NCBI GenBank assembly: GCA_045658565.1
Contig: JAZOVF010000030.1
Location: forward strand, 72,893 to 136,892
Direction of reading: 5' to 3'
From: Eubacteriales bacterium
GTDB lineage: Bacteria; Bacillota; Clostridia; Oscillospirales; CAG-272
DNA: 64,000 nt
The notes below the pieces were generated by a model that was not told the DNA's origin, made no database searches, and worked only from the letters and a program-made list of their open reading frames with translations. Positions 46,824 to 56,786 of this stretch are shown here, piece by piece; positions within the stretch are counted from its first letter, which is position 1, and each line of letters starts with the position of its first letter. A program made the translations under genes and the position numbers.

Positions 46824-47675
46824 ATGGCAGAACTCATAAGCGGCAAAATTGTGTCGGCTAAAGTAAGAGAAGATATAAAGAAAGAGACTGAAGCGTTTAA
46901 AGCAAAATACGGCACAGCTCCCGGTCTTGCTGTAATAATGGTTGGAGACAATCCTGCAAGCGCGGTTTATGTAAGAAACAAGCACAAGGCATGTCTTGAG
47001 GTTGGTATGACATCTTACGAAATTAAGTTTGATGCCGATATATCCGAAAGCGAGCTTCTCCAAAAAATTGATGAGCTGAATAACGATGATAATGTTGACG
47101 GAATTCTCGTTCAGCTTCCTCTCTCAAAAACCATCGATGAACAAAAGGTTATAAACCGTATATCTCCTACCAAGGATGTTGATGCCTTTCATCCCGAAAA
47201 TGTTGGAAAAATTATGATAGGCAACTACACATTCCTGCCTTGCACTCCTGCGGGAATAGTTGAGCTTCTTAACTATTACAATGTTGAGATTGCAGGAAAA
47301 AAATGTGTTGTTATAGGTCGCAGCAACATTGTAGGTAAGCCTATGGCACACCTTCTTATGGAGCGTAACGGTACTGTAACCGTATGTCACTCGAGAACAA
47401 AGGAGCTTAAGGAATATACAAAAGAAGCCGATATACTTGTTGTTGCAATAGGCAAGGCTGAATTCCTTACAGCAGATATGGTTAAGCCCGGTGCCGTGGT
47501 TATCGACGTTGGCATTAACAGAAAAGAGGACGGAACACTCGCAGGAGATGTTGATTTTAACGCGGTTGAGCCTATCGCATCGATGATAACTCCCGTTCCC
47601 GGCGGTGTAGGTCCTATGACAATAACCATGCTTCTTAAGAATACTCTTACAGCTGCGAGAATGCACAAAATATAA
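46824..47675 (+). CDS. folD: bifunctional methylenetetrahydrofolate dehydrogenase/cyclohydrolase
   Basis: MAELISGK...PGLAVIMVGDNPAS...ITPVPGGVGPMT. The start is moved to 46824, right after the lgt stop. Confidence 0.95.
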   Translation: MAELISGKIVSAKVREDIKKETEAFKAKYGTAPGLAVIMVGDNPASAVYVRNKHKACLEVGMTSYEIKFDADISESELLQKIDELNNDDNVDGILVQLPLSKTIDEQKVINRISPTKDVDAFHPENVGKIMIGNYTFLPCTPAGIVELLNYYNVEIAGKKCVVIGRSNIVGKPMAHLLMERNGTVTVCHSRTKELKEYTKEADILVVAIGKAEFLTADMVKPGAVVIDVGINRKEDGTLAGDVDFNAVEPIASMITPVPGGVGPMTITMLLKNTLTAARMHKI

Positions 47676-47715
47676 GAATAATTTCTAATTTTTAGAAAAA
47701 AACTGAAAAAAGCTC

Positions 47716-47744
47716 TTGACAAATATTATAATATGTTTTATAAT
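47716..47744 (+). promoter_or_regulatory. sigma-A promoter of rpsU
   Basis: TTGACA, 17 nt, TATAAT. Confidence 0.6.
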
Positions 47745-47805
47745 AATTAAGAAAAAATTTTTGAGATTTATATCTCTTTGCACAGCGAAGGGAGGGGAAA
47801 TAAAG

Positions 47806-47982
47806 ATGGCAGAAATCAGAGTTAAAGAAAACGAGACTCTCGACAACGCGCTTCGTCGTTTCAAGAGACAGTGCGTAAAGTCCGGTATTCTTACCGAGCT
47901 TCGTAAGAGAGAGCATTACGAGAAGCCCAGCGTTAAGCGCAAGAAGAAGGCTGAGGCAGCTAGAAAGCGTAAGTTTAAGTAA
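47806..47982 (+). CDS. rpsU: 30S ribosomal protein S21
   Basis: [22 protein letters not shown]... The 58-aa form is used. Confidence 0.95.
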   Translation: MAEIRVKENETLDNALRRFKRQCVKSGILTELRKREHYEKPSVKRKKKAEAARKRKFK

Positions 47983-48090
47983 TTTATGAGAGCGGATGTA
48001 ATTATGTTACATCCGTTCTTTATTTTTCCACATATATTTTTTCTTTATTTACAAATGTTATTATTAAGTAATAAAGAAAGAAATATATAT

Positions 48091-48864
48091 ATGAAAAGCT
48101 TTTTAAAAACATTAACAATTGCTTTTTTGGTAATCTCGATTTTCTCTCTTAATATATCCGCAAAATCCCAAGACTCTTTATCATGGTATATAAAAAGAAA
48201 CGGAAATAACACGCCATATTTTCCAACCGGCGCCGAGGAGCTGAAAGAATATAACTGCTATTATGTAGACGAGGAGTGCGCCAAGCGCTCAGAGCATCGA
48301 CTGTATCTTACCTTTGATGCAGGATACTCTAACGAAAGCTTTGAAGAAATACTTGATATTCTACGTGACGAAAACGTGCCCGCCGCATTTTTTCTTCTTG
48401 ACAATATAATATTAAAAAACACAGATTTGGTTAACAGGCTTGAAGATGAAGGGCATCTTGTATGCAATCATACAAAAAATCATAAAAATTTATCATATGC
48501 TACAAAGGAAGAAATAGCCGAGGATTTATCAGCATTAGAAAATATATACCGTGAAAAAACGGGCAGGGAAATGTCAAAGTATTTCAGATTCCCCGAGGGT
48601 AAATACAGCGTTGAGGCAATCAAATCGGTTAACGAGCTGGGATACACCACCGTATTCTGGAGCTTTGGCTATGACGACTGGGATAACGCAAGACAAATGA
48701 ATCCCGAAAAGGCAAAAAAGAAAATATTAGAAAATACCCACGACGGAGCAATTATTTTGCTGCACCCAACATCAAAAACCAACGCAACTATATTAAAAGA
48801 CTTAATTCACACCTGGCGGGATATGGGATATGAATTTTACTCGCTAGAGAATTTTGGGAAATAG
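48091..48864 (+). CDS. polysaccharide deacetylase, PdaA-like (spore cortex delta-lactam)
   Basis: Signal peptide plus NodB motifs (LTFDAGY, HTKNH). The start is moved to MKSFLK. Confidence 0.8.
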   Translation: MKSFLKTLTIAFLVISIFSLNISAKSQDSLSWYIKRNGNNTPYFPTGAEELKEYNCYYVDEECAKRSEHRLYLTFDAGYSNESFEEILDILRDENVPAAFFLLDNIILKNTDLVNRLEDEGHLVCNHTKNHKNLSYATKEEIAEDLSALENIYREKTGREMSKYFRFPEGKYSVEAIKSVNELGYTTVFWSFGYDDWDNARQMNPEKAKKKILENTHDGAIILLHPTSKTNATILKDLIHTWRDMGYEFYSLENFGK

Positions 48865-48906
48865 AAAAAAAGGATAGAACCTAAAAAATTCTATCCTTTT
48901 TATTAG

Positions 48907-49959
48907 TTAATGAATATTATTTCTTTTTTTTATTTCTTCAAGTCTTTCGCGCTCGGTTACATCGTCGCGCATAATTATCTCGTCGTCCTGCTTCTCCTCC
49001 TCGGGGTAAAGCTCGGGGTGCTCCGCCTTATAAGGGTCGATAATTATTTCCTTTATCTTAAAGTATGACGCATAAACCTTCATATAAGCAGATAGGGAGA
49101 AGAAGATTATAAGAGGCATAGCAACAGCAAAGGACATAAGAATTCCGCCCGGAACAAATAAGAACATAAGCTCAAAGAATATAAGCAGAACAAGTCCTAA
49201 GAGCGCAAGTATATTACGTTTAAGCCCGATAAGTGAGAAAATAAATGAGTTCTTTAAAATCTTAAAGAATGAAAGATTAAAGGATACTATCTGAACATAG
49301 AAATAGCATCTCATAGAGAAATAAATCAATATAAGAACAACATTTGACCAGAACATTAGCGAAACAGCAAAGTTCTCGGCAGCCATTGTTGTATAAAGAT
49401 TAAAAATAAGAAGCGCATTAACAAGCGCATCAAAAATACCAAAGGGAATTGCCTGCTTCAGGTTTCGCTTTACGCTATACCAGAAGTCTGTCCATACAAA
49501 TACAGGCTCACCCATAGCAATGTTTCTCAGCACATATGCGGTTCCCGTATTAACAATACCAAAGGTAAATAATGTAAGCGCTCCGATACCGTAAAATACA
49601 TATGTAAGCACAGAGTCTACAAGAACCGGCTGCTGCATTCCCGCAACGGCATAAAGGGACATATTTGCAGGTGTTTTTCCCGCAATATCAACAAGTCCGA
49701 AAATATTCTGTGCAATATCGCTTATAGGAAGAAAGACGGTGTTCTTTGTATATCCGGAAAGTGTAGCAATAATAAAGAGCAGGGGCAAATTACCAAGCAC
49801 CATTATAATATTAACAAGAATAAGCTTGTTAAAGCTATTTTTTGTAGTAATAAAAAATCTTTTTAAACCCGAGGGGCTTAATGGCTCTTTTTTGCTGATT
49901 CCTTTTCCGTCTCTTGCGATATCAAGCTTTAAAATTTTGTTTTTATTCTGTTCTTTCAA
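48907..49959 (-). CDS. polytopic membrane protein (YesL/DUF624-like?)
   Basis: About 7 TM helices. The likely start is a TTG behind a GGAGG RBS rather than the track ATG at 49998. Confidence 0.5.
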   Translation of the reverse strand: MKEQNKNKILKLDIARDGKGISKKEPLSPSGLKRFFITTKNSFNKLILVNIIMVLGNLPLLFIIATLSGYTKNTVFLPISDIAQNIFGLVDIAGKTPANMSLYAVAGMQQPVLVDSVLTYVFYGIGALTLFTFGIVNTGTAYVLRNIAMGEPVFVWTDFWYSVKRNLKQAIPFGIFDALVNALLIFNLYTTMAAENFAVSLMFWSNVVLILIYFSMRCYFYVQIVSFNLSFFKILKNSFIFSLIGLKRNILALLGLVLLIFFELMFLFVPGGILMSFAVAMPLIIFFSLSAYMKVYASYFKIKEIIIDPYKAEHPELYPEEEKQDDEIIMRDDVTERERLEEIKKRNNIH

Positions 49960-50140
49960 AGTGAGATACCTCCAACTAAAACATATATATAATACCATAA
50001 TTCATCGGTAAATACAAGATGATTTCAAAAAAAGTTTCAAATCTGTAACATATAAAGACAAACCACATCGTTAGATTTACGAATATATTTGAACACACAC
50101 AAATATAATAAACTAAATAAAAAGGACAAGGGAGAGTTAT

Positions 50141-51331
50141 ATGAAAAAAACAGTCGTAATATTAACATCATTTTTGCTTACCGTTTCACTACTGTGTATT
50201 AACGTTTTTGCAACTTTTAGACCAAAAACAAGGGCAGAAAGTATAAGCGCAGGATTAGAGTTTCCGCAGTTTGAGCTTACCGACGAAGCCTTTTCTACCT
50301 ATCTTATCGAAGCATCCACAGGAAAGGTGCTGCACGCAAACAATGAATTTGCATCTGCCGCTCCTGCATCGGTTACAAAAATAATGACACTTTTACTTAT
50401 TTGCGAGGCGATAGATTCGGGAAAAATAAGTCTCAATGATACAGTTAGTGTAAGTGCCAACGCCGCCTCAAAGGGCGGAAGCCAGGTGTTTTTAAAGGAA
50501 GGGGAGCGAATGAGCGTTCTCGACCTCTTAAAAAGCACAGTAATAGCCAGCGCAAATGATGCTGCCGTTGCTCTTGCAGAGCTTGTTGCGGGCAGTGAAT
50601 CATCTTTTGTAAAGCTGATGAACAAGCGCTCTGCCGAGCTTGGTCTAAAAAACACAGCCTTTGAAAATCCCACAGGCCTTGATGATACAACAACAAATCA
50701 CTACACCTGCGCTGCGGATATTGCGGCAATGTCAAGAGAGCTGATAAAGCACGATGTTATTCTCGAATACAGCTCTATGTGGCAGGATAGCATAAGAAAC
50801 GGCGAATTTATATTAACAAACACAAACCGTCTCGTAAGATATTACGACGGCTGTAACGGGCTTAAAACAGGCTCAACCGACAAGGCCGGCTTTTGCATTA
50901 GCGCAACGGCAAAAAGAGGAGATATGCAGCTTATTGCCGTTGTTATGGGCTCTCCCACAAAGGATGTAAGAAATAATATTGCAAGACAAATGCTGGACTT
51001 TGGATTTGCTAATTTCGGATTGTATAACTGCCCCGAGGCTTTTCTTGAAAAAATACCTGTAGTAAAGGGAAAGGTAAGGGAAGTCAACGCTGTATGCTCC
51101 GAATTCTCTGTTGTAGTTCCCAAATCTCATATTTCCGAAATAGAAAAAGTGTATGAAATGCCCGAAAAGATAAGCGCGCCAATGAAGTCAGGCGACAAAA
51201 TAGGACGTGTAATATACAAAATAAACGGTAATCAGATTGGTTTTTCGGATGTTTTTATTGAATCGGAGATTCCGGAGATAAAATATTTTGATGTTTTTTC
51301 GGAAATACTGAAAAAATTATTCTGTATTTAA
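50141..51331 (+). CDS. D-alanyl-D-alanine carboxypeptidase (PBP5 family)
   Basis: Signal peptide plus SVTK, SAND and KTGS motifs. Confidence 0.88.
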   Translation: MKKTVVILTSFLLTVSLLCINVFATFRPKTRAESISAGLEFPQFELTDEAFSTYLIEASTGKVLHANNEFASAAPASVTKIMTLLLICEAIDSGKISLNDTVSVSANAASKGGSQVFLKEGERMSVLDLLKSTVIASANDAAVALAELVAGSESSFVKLMNKRSAELGLKNTAFENPTGLDDTTTNHYTCAADIAAMSRELIKHDVILEYSSMWQDSIRNGEFILTNTNRLVRYYDGCNGLKTGSTDKAGFCISATAKRGDMQLIAVVMGSPTKDVRNNIARQMLDFGFANFGLYNCPEAFLEKIPVVKGKVREVNAVCSEFSVVVPKSHISEIEKVYEMPEKISAPMKSGDKIGRVIYKINGNQIGFSDVFIESEIPEIKYFDVFSEILKKLFCI

Positions 51332-51412
51332 GTGTTTTTTTGAAAATCTATTGAAAAAAAACGGTAATAGTTGTATAATTATTGTGTTAAAAAACATTAT
51401 AGGAGCATAAAA

Positions 51413-52756
51413 ATGAGTGTAAAATTAAACTGTAAATTTGCTGATGGATTTGTTGCAGCCCACGAAGTTGAATATATGATGCCCTTTGCCAAGGTGGCAC
51501 ACAAAATGCTGACCTCCTGCTCGGGTCAGGGTAATGACTTTACCGGTTGGGTAAATCTGCCCGAAAATTATGATAAAGATGAATTTGCCCGCATCAAGGT
51601 AGCGGCTGAAAAGATAAAGAAGAACGCAGATATACTTATAGTTATCGGTATTGGCGGCTCGTATCTCGGTGCAAGAGCAGTTATAGAGTTTGTAAAAAGC
51701 CCTCTTTACAACAATCTTAAAAAGGACACCCCCGACATCTATTTTGCAGGTAACAATATTTCTACCACAGCTCTTACCGAGCTTCTCTCTATCTGCGAGG
51801 GCAAGGATATTGCCGTAAACGTAATTTCAAAGTCGGGTACAACAACCGAGCCGGCTATTGCTTTCAGAGTATTCAAGGCGCTTTTAACCGAGAAGTACGG
51901 CGAGGCAGGTGCAAAGGATAGAATCTTTGTTACAACAGATAAGGCTCGCGGAACTTTAAAGAAATTCTCCGACGATGCAGGATACGAGACATTCGTTGTT
52001 CCCGATGATGTTGGCGGCAGATATTCTGTTCTTACAGCCGTTGGACTTCTTCCTATCGCTGTTGCGGGAATAGACATTGATGCACTTATGGCAGGCGCTG
52101 CCGATGCAATGAAAAAGTTCAACTCTGACGATATTGATAATAACGACGCACTTAAATATGCAATAATGCGTAACATCCTTTACAGAAAGGGCAAAACAAC
52201 CGAGATACTTGTAGGCTATGAGCCATATCTTCTTATGCTCAACGAGTGGTGGAAGCAGCTTTACGGAGAAAGTACAGGTAAAGACGGCAAGGGCCTGTTC
52301 CCAAGCTCTGTAATCTTCTCAACCGACCTCCATTCTCTCGGTCAGTATATCCAAGAGGGTCAGCGTAACCAGTTTGAAACGGTTATCAACGTTTTGGATT
52401 CGGGCGCAAAGTTTGTAATTCCCGACGACCCCGCAAATGTTGACGGACTTAACTTTATTTCGGGACGTGAGCTTGATTATGTGAACAAAACCGCAATGCT
52501 CGCAACCCTTATGGCTCACAATGACGGCGGTGTTCCAAACCTTATGCTTGAGGTTTGTGACAAGGGTGAGCATTCTCTCGGATATCTTATTTATTTCTTT
52601 GAGTTTGCCTGCGCCATGTCCGGTTATCTCCTCGGAGTAAATCCCTTCGACCAGCCCGGAGTTGAGGCTTATAAGAAAAATATGTTCGCTCTTCTCGGAA
52701 AACCCGGTTATGAGGAGCAAAGAGATGCACTTGAAAAAAGGATATCTAATAAATAA
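51413..52756 (+). CDS. pgi: glucose-6-phosphate isomerase
   Basis: Firmicute-type PGI pattern ([22 protein letters not shown]). The start is moved to MSVKLN. Confidence 0.93.
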   Translation: MSVKLNCKFADGFVAAHEVEYMMPFAKVAHKMLTSCSGQGNDFTGWVNLPENYDKDEFARIKVAAEKIKKNADILIVIGIGGSYLGARAVIEFVKSPLYNNLKKDTPDIYFAGNNISTTALTELLSICEGKDIAVNVISKSGTTTEPAIAFRVFKALLTEKYGEAGAKDRIFVTTDKARGTLKKFSDDAGYETFVVPDDVGGRYSVLTAVGLLPIAVAGIDIDALMAGAADAMKKFNSDDIDNNDALKYAIMRNILYRKGKTTEILVGYEPYLLMLNEWWKQLYGESTGKDGKGLFPSSVIFSTDLHSLGQYIQEGQRNQFETVINVLDSGAKFVIPDDPANVDGLNFISGRELDYVNKTAMLATLMAHNDGGVPNLMLEVCDKGEHSLGYLIYFFEFACAMSGYLLGVNPFDQPGVEAYKKNMFALLGKPGYEEQRDALEKRISNK

Positions 52757-52897
52757 TTGAGCACATAATTGTGAAAGTTCCACAAATATAATTTTTAGGT
52801 GAGAAAAATGCAATAAAACTATTGCATTTTTCTCTTATTTCGTGTACAATAATGGTAGAAGATATAATATCTTCAAAATACAGGAGGAATTTGAAAT

Positions 52898-53299
52898 ATG
52901 ATTAAATTATTCATCGGTGGCAAAGGCTCGGGTAAAACCAAAACCCTTATAGAAATGGTTAACAATGCAACTTCCGCATCTAATGGCAACGTAGTTTGTA
53001 TTGAGAAGGGCGACAAGCTTATCCACGATATTACATATAAGGCCAGACTTATCGATACAGATGCATATTCTGTTGCTGATGCTGATGCTCTTTACGGCTT
53101 TATTGCCGGTATCCTCGCATCAAATGCTGATATTACCGACATCTTTGTAGACTCTGCTCTTAAAATTGTTGGCAACGACACTGCAGCATTTGAAAATATG
53201 CTTAAGAAGCTTGAGGCTATTACCAAGGAAGTTAACCTCATTATGACCGCTTCTATCGCTGTTGAGGAGTGCCCCGAGGCTATCAAGGCTTTTGCCTAA
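52898..53299 (+). CDS. small P-loop protein of unknown function
   Basis: 133 aa with Walker A GGKGSGKT at residues 7-14. Confidence 0.45.
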   Translation: MIKLFIGGKGSGKTKTLIEMVNNATSASNGNVVCIEKGDKLIHDITYKARLIDTDAYSVADADALYGFIAGILASNADITDIFVDSALKIVGNDTAAFENMLKKLEAITKEVNLIMTASIAVEECPEAIKAFA

Positions 53300-53321
53300 A
53301 TCAAAGCTGAATTAAATTTTT

Positions 53322-53351
53322 CTCCCCGCTTTTTTTGCGGGGAGTTTTTTT
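53322..53351 (+). terminator. rho-independent terminator
   Basis: CTCCCCGC-TTTTTTT-GCGGGGAG followed by T7. Confidence 0.75.
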
Positions 53352-53434
53352 GTAACCTATTTTGCTTTTTTGACATAATATGCTAATAAGATAGGTTTTT
53401 CCTATCGAATATTGCATAAGGAATGGTCATAACA

Positions 53435-54283
53435 ATGCAAGAAAACAAAAACACATCCTTCTGCCAGGGTTCAGGCGGCCACAACGGCGGAGCGATTTGT
53501 ATAGACACTATGAGGGTACTTGACGGTTGCCGTGACAGAGACTGTTTCGAGGACGTAAGAGTTTATCTTGGTGCTTGCGGTGAACAGATTCTCGCAAACT
53601 CAAATAACGTAAGAACCCGCAGCGCAAAGCTGCTTTGGGCGTTTGTGGGCGTAAACGAAGTGCCTTTCAACAACGGATTTTATCAGATTACAGTAAGATA
53701 CTACATTGAAATTGAGTTTGAGGCCTGCGTTGGCGGCGGCAGAAGTCATTGCTTCAAGGGACTTGTAGTAGTTGAAAAGGATGTAATTCTTTACGGCGGC
53801 GAGGGCAGGGCATACAGCTTTAGATCCAGCCCCGAAAGCAGCTATTGCGGTGTACCCGATTACAACAACTGCGGAAACAACGACCCCGTAGCAATAGTAG
53901 AGACCGTTGAGCCTATTATTCTCGGTACAAAGGTTGTTGATTGCAACTGCCCCTGCGCCTGCACCTGTAACGAATATTACGATATTCCCGAGGGTATAAG
54001 AAATGCATTCGGCGAAGAGCTGCTCATAAACACCGACGGTCCTAAAATCTACGTTTCGCTCGGTATCTTCTCGGTAATCCGAATAGAGCGTCCTGCACAG
54101 CTTCTTGTTCAGGCAACAGATTACTGCGTGCCCGACAAGGAATGTACCGCAGCAACAAACAACGATAACCCCTGCGCTCTCTTTAGAAATATAGCGTTCC
54201 CGATAAATCAGTTCAAAGGAACGGGCGATACTTCGCCTCAAGCTCATACCGAGCGAGGCGGTGGCTGCGGCTGCAAGGGATAA
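53435..54283 (+). CDS. cysteine-rich hypothetical protein
   Basis: More than 20 Cys residues, including DCNCPCACTCN and a C-terminal GGGCGCKG. No family recognised. Confidence 0.5.
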   Translation: MQENKNTSFCQGSGGHNGGAICIDTMRVLDGCRDRDCFEDVRVYLGACGEQILANSNNVRTRSAKLLWAFVGVNEVPFNNGFYQITVRYYIEIEFEACVGGGRSHCFKGLVVVEKDVILYGGEGRAYSFRSSPESSYCGVPDYNNCGNNDPVAIVETVEPIILGTKVVDCNCPCACTCNEYYDIPEGIRNAFGEELLINTDGPKIYVSLGIFSVIRIERPAQLLVQATDYCVPDKECTAATNNDNPCALFRNIAFPINQFKGTGDTSPQAHTERGGGCGCKG

Positions 54284-54297
54284 TATAGCGCTAAAAC

Positions 54298-54328
54298 AAA
54301 ACTGCCACAACTTTTGTGGCAGTTTTTT
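54298..54328. terminator. bidirectional terminator
   Basis: AAAACTGCCACAACTTTTGTGGCAGTTTTTT between convergent genes. Confidence 0.7.
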
Positions 54329-54332
54329 AATA

Positions 54333-55106
54333 TTACTTGTTTTGACGTCTTATTTCATAAGCAAACATAGTAACCGCAGATGCAGCAGAAAGAGATGCAT
54401 TAAAGTCGCGTCCGTAGTCAATTTTTACTAGTGTATCGGCAACAGACAAAACACCTTTAGATATTCCGCGCTTTTCGCCGCCGACAATAAGTAAAAGCGG
54501 CTTTTTCATTTCGCAGCTTCCAAGAACATTGTCTGTACGCTCGTCAGCACAAACGATACTGTATCCGCCCTCTTTAAAGAACTCGGCAGCGAATAAAGCT
54601 GATGATGTATACATATCAAGCATCTCGGAAGCTCCTGCAGAGCTTCTGGCAACAACACCGGCAGCGCTCATCCAGTTGCGCTCAGTAAGAATAATTCCAT
54701 CGCACCCCATAGCATAAAGGGACCTTAATGCATAGCCAAAATTATAAGGGTCCTCAATACCTTCAATCATAGCATAAAATCCGTTTTTCTTGATAGGGGA
54801 GTCCGCGGCAAGGCAGGGAATAGTACGAGCAGAGCATATCGCTATTATTCCGCCATGAGATGTACCGAGAGTCTGCTTTTCAATTTCCCCACCGTCCGAT
54901 TCGATAACTAAAAAACCGTATTTTTCCGAAACTGCCTTTAAATATCCTATTTCTTTTGCTATTTTCTTGATTTTTTCTTTGTCAAAAAGTATTTTTTCAA
55001 TTCGTCTGTCAGAAATTCCCGAATCAATAGACTTTATAATAGCTCTTATTGATGTCATTCCTTCAAAAATCAAAGAATCGGAGAATTTTATAGTTTCCTT
55101 TTGCAT
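54333..55106 (-). CDS. TrmH/SpoU-family RNA 2'-O-methyltransferase
   Basis: SpoU methylase C-terminal pattern (LLIVGGEKRGIS...SLSAASA). Confidence 0.85.
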   Translation of the reverse strand: MQKETIKFSDSLIFEGMTSIRAIIKSIDSGISDRRIEKILFDKEKIKKIAKEIGYLKAVSEKYGFLVIESDGGEIEKQTLGTSHGGIIAICSARTIPCLAADSPIKKNGFYAMIEGIEDPYNFGYALRSLYAMGCDGIILTERNWMSAAGVVARSSAGASEMLDMYTSSALFAAEFFKEGGYSIVCADERTDNVLGSCEMKKPLLLIVGGEKRGISKGVLSVADTLVKIDYGRDFNASLSAASAVTMFAYEIRRQNK

Positions 55107-55162
55107 TTTATTAAAAGGCCTTTCATATAATTTATTAAAACTATCTTATAATGGAGATAAAT

Positions 55163-55429
55163 ATGATAGATTTGTTAGGCAGAGAGCGAGCCGAGGTTCT
55201 CGGAGAATATGTCCTTGATACAGGAGCAACGGTTAGAGCTGCAGCGGCAAAATTCGGAGTAAGTAAAAGCACAGTACATAAAGACCTTTCGTATCGGCTA
55301 AAAAGGATAAATCCCGCATTAGGAGAGCAGGTAAGAGAAGTACTGGCACTCAACAAGTCCGAGAGACATCTGAGAGGCGGAGAAGCAACAAGACAAAAAT
55401 ATCAAAGAGAGCGAGAAAAAAGAAAATAA
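55163..55429 (+). CDS. spoIIID: stage III sporulation transcriptional regulator SpoIIID
   Basis: FGVSKSTVHKDL...INP...HLRGGEAT closely matches the SpoIIID HTH and C-terminal signature. About 88 aa. Confidence 0.9.
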   Translation: MIDLLGRERAEVLGEYVLDTGATVRAAAAKFGVSKSTVHKDLSYRLKRINPALGEQVREVLALNKSERHLRGGEATRQKYQREREKRK

Positions 55430-55434
55430 AAATT

Positions 55435-55472
55435 GCAGGGAAGCGCCCTGCCCCAAATTTTTGCTGATATTT
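55435..55472 (+). terminator. terminator of spoIIID
   Basis: GCAGGG-AAGCG-CCCTGC followed by CCCAAATTTTT. Confidence 0.6.
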
Positions 55473-56033
55473 TTGTTTTATCGGACTTTTTGTGATTTTT
55501 AATTTTTCTTTCATATATATTATATATGATTTGCTTTGTTTTTTCAAGTAAAATCCATATAATCGTTAAAAATATAATTGATAAAAATTTATTTTATGTA
55601 AATCCTTCTGTATAATCAAATACCAACAGCCTTATAATAATATTTCTGCAGAACTTGCCGCGTACAGATTATTGCGGATAAAATATAAAAAACAATATAC
55701 CGATAAGCTGTACAAAAAACAACCGGTAAAAAAACACAAAACTAATATAAGACATAGAAAATATCAAAAAGCATTTATAAAGCATTAAAATGACGAAAAA
55801 CAATTATAAAGCATTAAAATATCAAAAAATATTTATATAACAGAAAAAACAGCACAATATAGCTTTATAGCCTTTTTTGGCTTCCCTGTATTATACAAAA
55901 TTTCCCTTTTGTATAATTGCTGTTATACTTTTATATACTGCCCTATTAAGGGGTTTTAGGGGAATTGGGGTTTAAAAACGAATTTCAAGCAGGGCATCAT
56001 TTTTCTCTTCGATTTAAATAAAAACAAAATCTA

Positions 56034-56062
56034 TTGATTTTTGCTTCAATCTATGGTACAAT
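56034..56062 (+). promoter_or_regulatory. sigma-A type promoter
   Basis: TTGATT, 17 nt, TACAAT. Confidence 0.5.
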
Positions 56063-56135
56063 ATAAGCGATAAAAACAGAAGCTGTATTTTCTCTGTTCT
56101 GTTTTTGGATTTATATTTTGGAGGATTTTTAAATT

Positions 56136-56558
56136 ATGAGAATGCGTGTTCTTACAAAAACAAACAAAGGAAAGCTTCTTACCATTGCAGACGAGGTTAC
56201 AAAGCTTATTGAGGCTGATAAGGCTACCGACGTAATTCCCTCTGCTTACCCCTGCGACGGTGAGCGTCTTGTTGTTATTGTTGCAACTGCAAAGCCCGAG
56301 ATGCCCGAGGACTTCTGCCGCTTTGTACGCTCGCTTAAGAGATCTATGACCGCAAATGTTGCTTTTATTATCGACGGTACTCCCGAAAATGCCGCAAAGA
56401 TTGTTGAAATGGCAAAGACCGGTAATTCCAAGGTATTTGAGGACAATGTTCTTTACATAGAGGGTGGACTTCCCTTCAAGTTCCTCTCTAGGGTTACTCC
56501 CGAGGAGATGGAAAAGGTTCGCGCCTGGGTTGCTGACATCAGAGCAAATCTTGCATAA
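56136..56558 (+). CDS. hypothetical protein
   Basis: A 140-aa ORF with a GGAGG RBS and no motif recognised. Confidence 0.45.
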   Translation: MRMRVLTKTNKGKLLTIADEVTKLIEADKATDVIPSAYPCDGERLVVIVATAKPEMPEDFCRFVRSLKRSMTANVAFIIDGTPENAAKIVEMAKTGNSKVFEDNVLYIEGGLPFKFLSRVTPEEMEKVRAWVADIRANLA

Positions 56559-56786
56559 AGCACTTCCCTATTATTTATAAAAACAGACTTGTATTTTAGG
56601 TTAAAAAAGCAATCCTAACGTACAAGTCTTTTTTATTATTTAATATATGATTTTTTTAATACTTCGACTAAAAAGGAAACAAAAGCGACAGAAATCATTC
56701 TGCCGCTTTTTATATGCAAAATATTAAACAATTACTATATTATTTAAGCCGCTATTGGAAACAAATCCGTCAAGCGGCTTTTTAAT

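Noticed and set aside
55668-55680. TTATCCGCA (minus strand) as a DnaA box or origin signal in the AT-rich spacer.
   Set aside because: It is a single one-mismatch box with no cluster and no dnaA/dnaN context.
55941-55975. GGGG-TTTTA-GGGG-AATT-GGGG as a possible G-quadruplex.
   Set aside because: Only three closely spaced G-runs are present. The fourth (GGG at about 55992) is about 25 nt away. This is too weak to call.
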